From NCBI GenBank assembly GCA_002633005.1, contig NMRA01000225.1, forward strand, positions 117,297 through 181,296: a stretch of 64,000 nt of DNA, in the 5' to 3' direction. Under the pieces are notes generated by a model. The model was not told where the DNA came from. It worked only from the letters and a program-made list of their open reading frames with translations, and searched no databases. Position numbers and translations under genes: made by a program. Numbering within the stretch: position 1 is the first letter of the stretch; every line of letters begins with the position of its first letter. Shown one piece after another: positions 24,734 through 37,930 of the stretch. Origin of the DNA: Phoronis australis (lineage: Eukaryota > Animalia > Phoronida).

Positions 24734-25974
24734 AGATGAAACTAACAGAGCAATAAAAAAGAACGAAAATGTCCTGTTGTATTCGGTTAACCACAACATT
24801 TTAATTGCTGCAAATCACTTTCAGCAAGCTCTTCATCAAAATGGAAGTGATTCATGAACCCTGAACAGGTTTAGACGACTCAGATGAAAAGCGGTTGCTG
24901 GGTTTTCAAAGAAAAAACAGTTTATTACTTTTTCGAGAACATTCAAGGAGAATAAAAAGTCACGGCGTGATACGCCCAGCTTGTAGAGCCTGGTCTCGAG
25001 CAATAACGAACTGTCAGTTCCTTTGGATCCCCGAAATCACTTCTAATTTGATTGAGGAACAACTTGAAAAAATACATAACGGTAAGTGGTCTAAATCAAA
25101 AGTTGTTTTCTGTGATGGAATGCGGATTTACAGCCGCTATCAAGTTGTAGTGAAAAGCAAAGACAACGTTGAGTTTAGGCCTAGATCTATGCCCACGCAG
25201 CTGCATGATTTCTTCAGATAATGCATTTTAATAACGCTGTGCTTGACCTGCTACAGTTGCTGTTGATGTTGCAACACCTGAATGGAGTGATGATTGCATG
25301 TTGATGACGGTGATGATGATAATTATGCTCGCCAGAACAATTATGGTGATGTTGAAAATGCCACTGATGCTGATGGGGCTGCTGATGAGAATGTTATTTA
25401 TGACGATGCTATATATCAGGGAAGGTTCTTCTTAAAACTGAAAGAAGAATGGCTTGGCATCAACAGAGATTTAAATCTTTACGAATAAACAGTAAAAATG
25501 CCTGCTAAGCAGGTTGAAGTATGTTGCAGTGGCAGAGAACAACTCTGAATAATGCAATCCAGTTTGTTTTTCGCGTTCCAGGCCTCTTTAAAGCAGGTAA
25601 ATTTGTATTATTACATTTTGATTTGCTATGCTAACACCAAGAAATTGACAAGAGCAACGCGGAGCGTTGAAATGCGCCCACGTCAGCACCACAAACGGTG
25701 TGTTTCTTTGGGTATTTTTAGAATCATAAAAATGCCCATTAGATGGCACAAAATGCGTCAAGCCCGTTCGAGTTCAGAAGGTGGCTCCGTCTCTGTAATA
25801 CGCAGCTATTTGCCGAATTTCAAGAAAATAAGCAAATGAACTTGTAAGACATAGAGGCAAACGTAAAAATTGACACTATTTGAAACTCATAGTCATCTGT
25901 TGCCATATCTATAGGAGCCCATCTGCCAAATTTCACAAAGATCCTTCAAGGGGTTAAGGAGATACAGAGGTAGT

Positions 25975-26238
25975 CATAGACCATCTTCTCTAGGTGAACT
26001 ACAGGCTGTAAAGCTCCCGTATGCGCTTCGTACGCCAGAAGCTTTTCATAGAATTATGTATCACACTGATTACAAAATCAAAGTCACGTTGTTTTAAGTA
26101 CCTTTTGGGACACCTTATTACAACGTGACGTTGATGTCTTAATCAGCGTGAGGCATAATTCGCCGAGAAGCTTTCGGTGTATGAAGCTCCCATAGAACCT
26201 TCACCGTCTCTATTGGCCAGCTAGAGACGGTGGTTACT
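25975..26238. mobile_element. Palindromic MITE nested in the HINE-like element
   Basis: Arms gcttcgtacgccagaagctt...gtcacgttg and caacgtgac...aagctttcggtgtatgaagc are inverted. The terminus cagctagagacggtg recurs at ~62955. Confidence 0.55.
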
Positions 26239-27145
26239 GTCTAATACAGCCGTATACGCAAAAAAGCAAAATTGCCCCTAGGGTGCACCAGAATAGTCGA
26301 CAACATCCGAAAGTCAACGCATCAAGAAGACAACCATCATTTTTCATATGATCTTTTGAGTAGTTTGGCAGATACAGTGGCAGACTACAAAAACAACTGC
26401 AAAAATTTTTGAATGATCATCAGGTGGCGCTAAAAACATCAAATCTGATCAGAAATGGGAAGGCATTGTCGTCTCGTTAATATAAACGTTTTTGCTTAAT
26501 TTCATGAAAATACATTGATGAACTTCAAAGATGCTGCGCCAAACGTAAAAAAAAATCCACTAGGAGGCTCAGTGGTACTTGGAAAAGTTCGAGACTTGTT
26601 AGGCCTACCGTTGTTCGGCTGCATAGGAACACGTCTTTCAAATTTCACAAAGTTCCTTCTGAGGGTTAATGAGTTTCGGCTGCAGAACCAAAAATCACCA
26701 CTAGGGGAAGACACAGTAGTCGGACCCGTCTGAAAGTCAACGTCAGTCGTGGCCTTCTGATCAGGAACATATCATAATGATCCTTTGAGGGGCATGGCAG
26801 ATAGAGAGGAGACCGCCATAAAACGTACGCAAAAATGCCACAAAGTGGCATAAAATCCGTCAGATCCGTCCGAAAATGGATCGGCATCACCACGTCTTAA
26901 TTAAAAGCCTATTTGCCGAATTTCATGAAAATACATCTAGGAGCTCCGAAGATACAGGGGTAAACGTAAAAAAATAACATTGTCACTAGGGGACACAGCG
27001 TTATTCGGATCCGTCCGAAACTGGTCGTCATGTGTCGTCAGCCTCATAGAAACACACCTGCCAAATTTAGATAAGATCCTGAAAGGGGTCAGGAGATACA
27101 GCAGCGCAGCTGACGCCGGACGCCCAGACTGAGATGACGGTAATA

Positions 27146-27261
27146 CAGTGGCGAATTTAGAGGGGGGCCAAGGGGGCCATGCCCCCCTAAAATTCCAATA
27201 GGCACTCCTGGTTATTACTCTGCCCTGGTCCCATCTAACTCAAAACCTGGATCCGCCCCTC
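27146..27261. mobile_element. CAGTGGCG-family MITE with 5 bp TSD (TAATA)
   Basis: taata|cagtggcgaattt...ggatccgcccctc|taata. Confidence 0.65.
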
Positions 27262-27804
27262 TAATATGTCCTCACGTAATTGTGTGGTCGCATAAAAATG
27301 GCAAATATCAGTGATGGACGCCCATCCCTTATTAGACCTGGATAACACAGGCGCAACACGTCAATTTGGATGAACCAGCGCCAACGTGACCGAAGCGCCT
27401 CTCAGTGGCCTAGAACACTAACAACTACGATGGTGAAGAACGTGTTTGTAATGTTTAGCTAGAGCATTTCCTTATACCTGAGTGAAATCTTAGATGCTTA
27501 TTTTGGTATCACAAGATGTGAAGACAATTTCAATCAAACATCCTTGATATTCCCCGAAAACGTACGATTTTATCGTTGATCTGTCATAAACGATAAAATT
27601 TCATGTAGTAAGAAGAATATTATCGTGCGCGCTAGCCGTAAAAACGAAACATTTGTGAAAATCATGTTAATCTATACGCCGTGACGTAAGGGCATCGCAG
27701 ATTATCTAGGTTTTTGGTACAAACGAGGATCACGTCAACAATCCACAGGTACATAAATATACTTTTGATTGTATAGTTGTCGTACCGAATAGTCGACGTA
27801 CAGT

Positions 27805-28247
27805 GCCCGGTTGCATGAAACAGTCCCTACTAGGGACTCAACTAAATTCCTTTTAAGGATTAAAAAAAAATCTTGTGCGTATTGCGTCGTTTTTACTCAC
27901 AGATGCAATCTGTTCCATCATTTCATCTTTTTTATTAGCTTCCCGTTGACTAATGCCATTTTCTAATAATATAACTGAAAGTTGAGTCCCGAGTTCGATG
28001 AAAATAAATAGGGACTTAGTCCTTAAATTAGGGGCTTGCATGAAAAGATCCTTTATAAATTTTCAATGATACTGAGAATTCATCGTAGTGTTCATCCTTT
28101 ATTTGTACCAAATTAAAAAATGACTTAGTAATGAAACTAAAACAGCATAAGGAAAGACAATTGGTGCTTTTCACAAGTCCGCAAATATGCAAAAGATTAA
28201 GGAAATTCAGTTGAGTCCCTATTAGGGACTGTTACATTCACTGGAGC
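27805..28247. mobile_element. MITE with ~45 bp TIRs upstream of gene E
   Basis: aacagtccctactagggactcaactaaatt pairs with aattcagttgagtccctattagggactgtt. Confidence 0.65.
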
Positions 28248-28568
28248 CTAAAGACCGAACACATAAAAATTTAAAATATGATACTTATTCGAATATCATA
28301 GTGCACTAGAAAAAAGTCCAAATATAAGTAATTTGAATTAAAAAAAAACATAATCACGGGATGCTTTCATACAGCATTGTGTCATTTAATAAGGTACAGG
28401 CGGCCAATTTGAACTCGTGCGGACCCTTCATTATTTTCCTAAAAAATCATTGCGCGTTGTTTGAAAAATTTTGACGTCATTATGACGAAACAGAGCCTGA
28501 CTGTCAATAGCTGTTTATAGAAAGATGAACTGAACTTTTGAAGGAGCACACATCCGTACTTTCTTAAG

Positions 28569-30455
28569 ATGGGTTCAGGCTGCACAAAGTCCAAAGACGC
28601 CGCAGGTGGCAACGCCAACTCTACAAATGTCGCAAACGGTAACTTTTCGCCAAGTTTCGAAATATTACGCAGGTTGTCAAAACGTACAGAGGGCGCTTTT
28701 TCATATTATAAGTCAGCACACTGAACGTTTTGAATAAAAAAATAATTGCAGGCGGTCTGATACACGTTGTACCAGACGTGCGCAGGTCTCGCATGTGGGC
28801 CCATTGCACTGATCACCTGGAAATATTTTTATGCTTTATTGATATGTAGCTAAAACCGAGCTGAGGAGCTAGAAACCTGGCTCAAGGGTTTAGCAGTGTG
28901 ACCTGGTGGGACTTGAACCCACGACCTCAAGTAAAGAAAGCAGGCACTTATCAACCAGGCCACACTGCTTCCTCCTGCTGAAAGCAATGGGTCAGTTTCA
29001 CTTGTGGAAATCAACCAGTTACGATTTTCCCTGAAATTTTAAAGTTTGGTTGCAACAAAACCTCGCAACTGTCATGTTATTTGGAATTAATTTTAAATTA
29101 AGGCGCAAATCAAAAGGTCATAAAGTCACGACTTTTAGGCCCAGCTGGTCGTTAGCCTAGTACTTTCAATACCTTAATGGTAGCAAGTAAGATAATAATA
29201 TCGTTGAAAGACGGGAATCAAAACAATAGACAACAACAGAAACCAAAACTTTGGAATCCAGATTAATGGTCAAATATTTCACGAGACGAAGAAAAAAGTC
29301 GAAAATATTACACTGACATTCAACTATTTCCGCTCTTCAACTACAAACAGCTTACATGTTAAATGCTTGTATTATGTCAAAGGTAGCAGAAAACTCACAG
29401 TACTTTTATATGGACTAGTTTCAGATGAAAAGCCAACGATGCCAGGTAATTCCATTAATGAATGAAATTTAACTGAACTAAACATGGTTTCTGATCCTTC
29501 AGATACCGAGAAGTTTGACTTAGTATATTCTCTTGCAAATAATTCACCCGAAGCCTCTAATTAAGTAATTCTATATCCTACCGGCAATATTTTGCACTAA
29601 TGTAATGCTTAGCCTTCGTTCCAGTTTCATCAAATAATTCTTCCCAACATTTCTGTAACAGATAATCTATAAAAGAATATATTTCTTGAGCCTTATTGAA
29701 AACTTAAAAGCTGAGCTTTGAAATCAATGAGAAAAACTATGCTACAAGTTGAAACTCAGGTAAATTTATTGCACCGCGCGTGTTGTTGCACAGTATACAA
29801 CATTAGTTGATCAACAATCTATGTTGCAGCCGTACTTCAAAGTCATGCGATACACCAGTCAATGGACACCAAAACCCACGGGAATATGCCACAAGACGTG
29901 CGCCATTCACTGGCGACAACAGAAAGAGGACATATGTCGGAGAAATTTCACCAAGACATAGTTCACTCAAAAGTGGAGGTCATGGAGGGCCATCAGGCGC
30001 CACATCACACCCACGATGAGAAAGACCTGGCACATTTAGAGGACGTGCCTGAGGCCAGTTCCCCAGAGAACAACTCGGCAAGGCCATATGATGCGGCAGA
30101 TGTTAACAACTCCGCCTTGGAGACTGGTGTGCTAAGCGATACCATTTGTCAAGGCGACAGTTTTCAAAAAGAATCGGACATAAATGTGAAGCAGGAGGTG
30201 TCGGGAATCGAAGAAGCGCTACCACTAGACAACTCTGGTGAGGAGACTGAAGTACTGGAGCTGGAAACAAATGATCAGAGTGATAATGAAGTTAAAGAGA
30301 AGATGGCATATGACGAAAATGTCGAAGATAGAGGCGAAGCAGAAGAGACTAAGGGTTCAGGTAATGACGAGGAGGGAGGCGACGATCCTGTCAGCTGCGA
30401 AGTAGTTGATATTGAAAATAACGACGAAAGAGCGGATATCAAAGGAGACGAGTAG
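28569..30455 (+). CDS. Gene E (spliced, ~231 aa): predicted N-myristoylated/palmitoylated, highly acidic disordered protein
   Basis: Exon 1 28569-28638 (aagATGG; MGSGCTKSKDAAGGNANSTNVAN; g|gtaact) and exon 2 29830-30455 (ttgcag|; AVLQSHAIHQSMDTKTH...ADIKGDE*). Phase 1; 696 nt open; contains track ORF 29862-30455. Confidence 0.8.
28741..28975 (-). mobile_element. tRNA-derived SINE (copy 2), in the intron of gene E
   Basis: Near-identical to 5123-5368. B-box-like GGTTCAAGTCC on the minus strand. Confidence 0.8.
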
Positions 30456-32891
30456 ACAGCGCTCAAAGCAGCGGTTACAGGAAATGGAACGAGCAATAGC
30501 AAATTAATTTGTGTATTTGCAAGCGCTGCGCTTTAATATTTTTTGTGAAGGGGCCTGTGGCTTTTATTATAAAAACTGATTCGATTGACACTACTTTACA
30601 ATACAATGACAAACTTTGGAGTTTGTTTACTTATTAATGTTTTATTTTTTATCACCCCTTTATCTCTGTTGTGAGATCCCCGTGTACTTAAAAGGATACT
30701 AAATCCGGTTTTTGCCAATCCAACACATGATTGGTCAAAGACTCTTTGATAATGTTTTGTAAAGGCTTTCTGAAATAAAACACGACCCTGTAAGTCTCAA
30801 AGGTTTGGAGTTAATTTGAAACTCCTTACAATGTCTGCTAAGCAGGCAATCGTGATTAACGCTTTTGGTGAGTTAGACGGCTGTGGGGAAAAACCAGGAA
30901 CCACATGGTCCATTTTATTCCATAGTGAGAAAATTTAATTTTAAATCCTTTTGTATCAGTGTGAAACAGTGAACAAAAAGAGGAATGGTTGAATGTCCCT
31001 GATATGTGGAAAAGAAATCTTTGTGTCCGACGTTATTGATTAAAACCCCTTTTGTAATAATTATTTATAACATATAAGAATTAAGGTGAAAGCGTACATA
31101 AAATCTACGCTATTGTGGCTGCTCGGCCTAAATGCGTGTATATTCAATGAATGTGACAATGTGACCCCGCGGCGACATCTAAGTTGGATTTTCGCTGGTC
31201 AGTCATCTAATTTCTAACAAACTCATTGGTCAATACACATGTACTTGTCAGTTAACGTTCACCTTATAAACTTTGTATAATAAATCATATCACCATGCGA
31301 TAAACTTCATTTTCAACGATATAAGTGATGGAATTCGGGCAAACTAGTGTATAGTTTGAAAGCAGGTGAATTAGGACAATGAAAATCCTTTATGTCAAAA
31401 ATGGAAACAGAGCTTTGATAATTTAATTTAGATATTACATAATACCCCGTCTTTGTCGAAGCGCTTTCGGATAGTGCAAACACTCATCGATTCCACCTGG
31501 AACGTCGTTTAGCGACAGTGTATTTGCCTCTGACATCTTGTTCGTTTGTCGGGTGTAACGTGACTTTTCGCAAGGGGGCGGAGTTTGGGATACGTCAATT
31601 ACTCAACGACTTTATGCATAGCTTTTAAAGTCCAAAAGCAAATATAAATGCCATTAAGATATTCCACAACGTAACAACATTTTTGCCTAAAATGACGTCA
31701 TTTCTTGATGTTTTGGATAATGTAATGCACCCTCCTCACAGGAGTGATTCAAATGTTGGTTGAAGCCCGTCTCTCTGAAATTAGGCAACTCATACTCAGG
31801 AATAAAGGAACTGTTTCACTTATTTGAAGACCCAATCAGTGCTATCAGGCTCAGAAACTATTGCTTTTGATTTGTTTAGGGATGGAAGTCTTTTTGGGTT
31901 GTTTTAGTGCCCTAGATTCTAATGTTTGACCTACTAACGGCGGTGTGATGTCAGCAGCTGCAGAATGTAGGTTAAGGTGATTGCTCAAAAAGGTAAAGTT
32001 TGGTCAAGCAGCCAGTGAAATGAAAACCAAAAGCATGTGGTATAAATACCTGTCCTTTCTCAGACTGAGTGAGATTAACTTTTCCTTTCAGAAGAAAGAC
32101 TTTATATTAATGGTAAAAAAAATTCAATTTGGTACACATTATGGGGAAATGACATTCAGTGACTGCATCGATTGTCTTATTGTTAGGCAAAACCCGTTAA
32201 TGTTACACTTTGATGACCGAATAAATTTTTCATCAACAGACAGGTTTGTAACTAATTATTCAAACCACAATGCTTCTTCAGATTTAAAGACCTGGTCGCA
32301 CGCGTTGTTAACCCTTATTACATGGTTAGAGGATGTTATAAGGATCCAAGAAGTACTTACACCATAACTAATACAAGATCCGTACTCGAAAAAAAGTTTA
32401 AATGAATGCGCCACTCACGATTCGCACCCGACGAACCACCGCCATTTTGAACTTGCAGCGAACCCTGAAGTACAATTTATTCAGGAACCCAGGCTAAGAA
32501 AACGCCGTCAGTGTGGATGGACGAGTGCTTGTTACCAGCTTGCAAACGGGGATAAAATAATCGACAGCATGCCTTAGTTTTAATGAAATCAAAATACGGA
32601 CAACTTTATCGAATCTGGTGAAGAAATGTAGCTAATAAATTTTGACAGAAATTATTTTGCCAGGCTCGGGACCGCAGCCTATCGGACCCGGTGGGGATCG
32701 AGACCAGACACTGGCGAACGGTAAATGCATGCGGTTGAAAGCTGTTTTGTCGAAATAAAATGTTCAAATCATAAATGCCGCATATATTCAAAGATAGTTT
32801 CAGACACTTGCATGAAATTACGGACTGGTTAGTCCTGTGTCACACTTAGCTAGCCTCAGTGCCAGCTACCGGTGAAAACTAGTTGTTAGTA

Positions 32892-35800
32892 TAGTCCAGT
32901 CATTCTATGGATAACCCGGAAAAAATTGCAACAGAAGGTTTTATTGCATCAATCGTATCCCTTCACACCCCTTAGTGGGAAAAAAAGTCTACCAGAATCG
33001 GAGTGGCGGAAGTTGGTTTTTCAAGATGGCGGACAAAATGGCCGCCAGATTTTCTGATACTCACTATAACTCAAGAGTGGAATGTGATAGAGTAAAAATT
33101 CAAAAAGGTTTACCTATGTTTTGTTGGTCAACAAATCCATTGGAAATGGTTTTGCATGGCTGTGGTGACACCGTCCGCCATTTTCCAAGATGGCTGCCAA
33201 ATCTACTAATTGAGTTGCACAAATTTCGCATGAACAGATTAGTGTGTCGTCTTGCTTCAAACGTCGCATAATCGGTTTTCTGGGTCGACTAATCCATTGA
33301 GACTCATTGAATTTGGTACTAATGATTACTTCCACCATTTTCAAGATGGCGGACAAAATGGCCGCCAGATTTGCAGATGATCATTATAACTCGAGAGTGG
33401 TATGTGATAGAGTAAAAATTCAAAAAGGTTTACCTATCTTTTGTGGGTCAACAAATCCATTGGAAAGTTTTACATGGCTGTAGTGACACCATCAGCCATT
33501 TTCCACGATGGCCTCCAAAACTATTTCAAATCGCACAACTTCGCACAAACAGATTAGTGCGTCTTGCTTCAAACATTGTATCATAGGTTTTCTGGGTCGA
33601 CTAATCCACTTAGACTCTTTGTGTTTGGCTCTAATGATTACTTCCATCATTTCTAAGATGGCCACCAAATAGTTGCTTCGTGTAAGAACTTCCGATTCCA
33701 GAGACACGCCATATCCTGAGTTTTTTAGGTCAACACGTCCATTACAATAATTTTTGTCTGGCTCTTGATCATTACGACTACCATTTTCAAGATGGTTTAA
33801 CAAATAACGTATTTGGTTCAAAACATCAGGTTTGCCTGGATTGAAGGATCATTCTCCTCCTGAAAAAATGTGCTGTATTTAAAAAACCCTCTACAATTAA
33901 TTCAGTGATCTACTATCCACGCTGTCTGTGTCACTTCCAGTTAGTTGTAAATGCTAGTGAATCTACATGTATACACAATCAACCAGTATTTACACAACTA
34001 ATCTCTGTCAACTGAGAATGAATTGCTGCAGCTAAAACCACGGCATTCTCTACATGCAACCGAGTGCAGCAATCCTAACTTCTTGCAAGTACATCTCTTG
34101 GAACTGCAGTTGGTCTTACACGAGCATCTCACTACTTTCAGCAGATTCTCTGGTGCTGCTGACTGGTCCGTCATCCTGGGAATGAATTTTCCACCTTCCA
34201 GCATCCATCCCCAATACAGCGAGTATAGGCCACTGCCACGGAAACTTGACCGCTCTTGCTCTTGATAATATGTCCCGGCAGCATGGAATTTAGCTACTGA
34301 AGAAAGTTGGTGATAATGACTGTATTTGGACTATGGCTAAATTGACACCTCATCCAAAAATCGCCTGTATCTCAAGTCATCCAAATTTCCAGAGCCAGTG
34401 CTGCCATGAAGCACAGATACAACTCTTACCAGCTTCAAATATGTCTTGCTTCAGCTGCATGTGTCTAGTGAATACTCTTACTAGAGTTTTTGCAGAATTC
34501 TCGATCTTGCAGTTTCTTCAATGGGAGAGCCTTTGCTAATACCGAACAGCTGTAATGTTGTGTTGCAACCACCTATTGCATGCGCAAATGGCAAAACTGC
34601 GCAAGTTTCGGCACCAAGAGGCAACTGTAGTTCCTCGGTGTCCCAGACTCTCCTGTAGCTTTGGTGCCTCTTGTCAAATTTCATAAACATTGGAATTTGT
34701 TGTGAAGTAGCATGGTAACACAAAAGAACCAACAAGTCTGTATCGTCTGCAATAAGAGTAGTTGGACCTTGTGGTGCGTTCTCTAAAGCTGTTTCTACAA
34801 TTAAAACATGTGCGTCACCTTGAGCTTGCACCACTGTGCAACCAGCATTTCCTAGCAAACTTGACAAGAAGTGAATGAATCGTTTGTTTTTGCTCTTTGC
34901 CAAAAATGTTCCTTTTTTACTTGATCACCAACCACCCCACCCAGTCTTCGAACATGAGAGACATCTTTAGTTGATGGTCCATCTCAGTAACCATCATAAA
35001 CAACAGTAGGCTGGGTGCACTTGCTGATGTAATCCACATAAGCTCTACCAAATGACTGAAACGTTGCAACTCTAGGCCATGGAATACGGTGAAGGAGAGA
35101 ACCGGTGTCAATTACATGCATCACCGTGTTTTCTGGAAATTGAAATCCTCCAGTAGTCCCCAATTGACCAGAGTGCATCAGCTCATATTGATTTATTAGT
35201 GATTCTGGGAAGACCACATGTATCAAAAAGAGCAGGGGAACCAACACACACAGTTCAAACTTCAAAAGGCTTGATGAACTTTCACTGTTGTCTTTTGCAG
35301 CTGTCATATAAAGTTACTATTAGCAGCATGAACTGATTGACTAGTCATTGCCACAACCTTGTCTTTCTTTCTGAATGTGAAGTCCTTCACACTTGACCAC
35401 TCCATAGACATAGACAAGTGAACCGCCTTCCCCACTTCTCAGGCATTTTCGGCACTGACGCCTGTGCCTGCAGTCACACCAGTGGCGATGTTCTGTAATC
35501 TTTAAAATGGGTTACTGTTGTGGAGGAATTCAACAAGGCTGCGGATGTCTTGCCTGGGTACATTCTTTATGCTGCTGACTTGTTTCACACCTCAAGTTTG
35601 TCACAGTCTGCATGGCACCATTTATACTTGAGCATGCCGGCAAGGAAAGCAGCCACGGTGCACTCTGTGTATCTCCCGTTTCGCAACCTCTAGTTAAACA
35701 TCCTGTTGTTTTAATACTTTTCATGAGCGTTTGTTCAATTACAAGATCATATCCATATCTCATTATGACAAGCCTGCCCAGAATCTGTCACTTTGTCTTA

Positions 35801-37930
35801 TGGTGTGTTGGCCATAGACATCTGGACGGGTGTCTTTGAGTTGCTACAGGTCTGCGGCAAGAATATGTATGAGGATTTTGCATAAGAGTTGTGACCAGCA
35901 GCTGTAAAGTAAGGCAGCATTTCAGAAACTGCTTTTAAGTGAAGCTCCAAATCTGACTTTATTTCTGCTTTTAAAAAGTCGAAGGATGTCAGTCATCTTA
36001 ATATACTGTAGGCAAAGACCAATGATTCGACTTTACAAGGGCAAGTCTGATTTATGTGCTTCGATTTTTTATGGATGCCCACAAGACACCCCGGCGAGCA
36101 TACATCGTCGCACACAGACGTCATTTCAGCAATAAGATCATCATACCGTTTCAGACCAGCTCTCAAATCATCATGAAGAATATCATTGGCCATTGATTCT
36201 TCTGACGAACTATTCTCTGTCACTGCGAATTCTGAAGACCTATACTCTGATTCAGTCGTGTTTGAATATACCAATGGCAGTAGGTCGGAAGCCACTGTAA
36301 TCCAAGGTTCAGAATCGGAAGACACTGGCTGGGCATGGCATGCCCCAGAGTATACATGTTTTTATGTGATCAGTTGGGATGTTTGGGATGTCTGAAGAAT
36401 CTGTCTCCATATTCTGATGAGCCAAAATTTGTGTACAAGCATTTAACTGCTCCACCTCTTGGCATGGAATCTGTTTGTTCTGTGTTGGTGACATTCCAGA
36501 CTGCTGGATTTTCTGAAGAACCTGAATTTCTTTCTTCATTGGTTTTGGATTGGCGTTACCTGATCTGTCAATATTTGGAAGTGAGATGTTCAATGTTCTG
36601 GCTTTTATGATGGCATTCAGTGCTGAGTCTACCAACATATGTTCCTCAGTGCTCTATCCACACTTTTTCCATTTAAAATAAGGATCACACTGTTTGATGC
36701 ATGCACCGTCTCAAGAAATTCTTGAAGCCATGTGCTTGACATAACGTATCCAATAGATCCCAGAAAGCTCATCTCAGTATATCTTCCAAGCCTGGCTAAG
36801 AACAAGTGACTGCAGAGCACTGTCGTTTTGCTTGCTGGCACTAATTTTTTCTAAAATTAGTTACCTATTTTCATAAAAAGCATGCATATTAAACAAATTG
36901 TGAGTCCTAACTATTAAAATTTAATTAATAACTTTTTGTTACACAATCCTATTTGCTTTTCATCAAATTCAGGTGAAATCAGCAGCCAAATTCTCAATAC
37001 ATGCCAGCAGCAGACGAAATCGATGCTTGGGAACAACTCATAATACCTGCAATAGCAGAGAAAAAATCCACTTCCTGCCCAATTTTATTAAGGGTTTGTG
37101 TAATGAATAAGCCAGTAACTCCACCAGAATAACATATTTTTCCTACAAATATTATTTTTGATACCTCAAATGAATATATTTTACAGAAAAATAATTGAGT
37201 TTGAGAAATTTATTATGAAAATTTAACTAAAGCATTTTCTGAAAAACACCAACTTTTATGTTATATAATATAAAATGTGATTAAAATTCCACATTTAGTA
37301 TCTAAATCTTAAAAACAAATTATAGAAACAATCCACTCATTAACCATGACTGCAGATTGTAAAATGTTTTTGTGTAAATACGTATCAGGTTACAAACAAA
37401 GTTTGCAGAACGTAAATGCGGTAAATTGGGGTTTGTGAATTGGCAGCCATTTTGGGGGCCATTTTGTCAGCCATCTTGATTTTTTTCGCAAACCAGTGAC
37501 CAAATGTAAGGTCCAGTTATTTTCAATAATCTAACATACAAAAGAATAAAACTTTTGCCATTTTCAGGGCAAAATATAAAAAGAAATCTTGCAACATGTA
37601 CCAAATTGCCGTTTCGGCTGTCATTTTGTCTTCCATATTGGTTTTATTTTACGGAAAATTGGCATCTTTTGATTGGTATGCCTGTTATGAAAGGTATATA
37701 ATCAATGACAAACTTAATTGTTTTATTTTTAGCTGTTACATAAGAGTAATATGCCAGAAAACAGTAAACACCAGTTTTGTCGGCCATTTTTTCCGACTTC
37801 CGCCACTCCGATTTCGGTAGATTTTTTTTCTGACACCAAGGGATGATTGAAGATGCCATTTATGCAAAAAAACCTTCTGTTGCAATTTCTTCTAGGTTGG
37901 GCGCTCTGGAGCCCTAGAATGACTGGACTA
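32892..37930 (-). mobile_element. Academ DNA transposon (5'-deleted transposase), TIRs TAGTCCAGTCATTCTA, 3 bp TSD GTA
   Basis: gta|TAGTCCAGTCATTCTA...TAGAATGACTGGACTA|gta, with imperfect TIRs over ~130 bp. The host copy at ~54116-54127 shows a single GTA (empty site). Confidence 0.88.
33998..36841 (-). pseudogene. Academ transposase pseudogene (transposase region, XPG-like nuclease, C-terminal Cys-rich finger)
   Basis: Fragments: LGRYTEMSFLGSIGYVM...GKSVDRALR; DLVIEQTLMKSIKTTGCLTRG; HVIDTGSLLHRIPW...VVYDGY; QGDAHVLIV...ADDTDLLVLL...LPFAHAIGGCNTT...GISK (XPG/FEN-like); CSCKTNCSSKRCTCKK...CRECRGFSCSN. Multiple frameshifts. Confidence 0.85.

Larger units (their letters stand above)
25648..27298 (-). 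mobile_element. Helentron-associated (DINE-1/HINE-like) non-autonomous element with ~140 bp internal tandem units
   Basis: Subterminal inverted repeat atgcgcccac (25672) / gtggtcgcat (27284). Stem-loop caacgc-gga-gcgttg (25655-25669) near the 3' end; T-run at the 5' end. Recurrent units gccgaatttcatgaaaata...aaacgtaaaaa...cactagg. Confidence 0.65.

Noticed and set aside
25250-25488. Asp-rich ORF 25294-25488
   Set aside because: Degenerate (GAT/GCT)n microsatellite without splice support.
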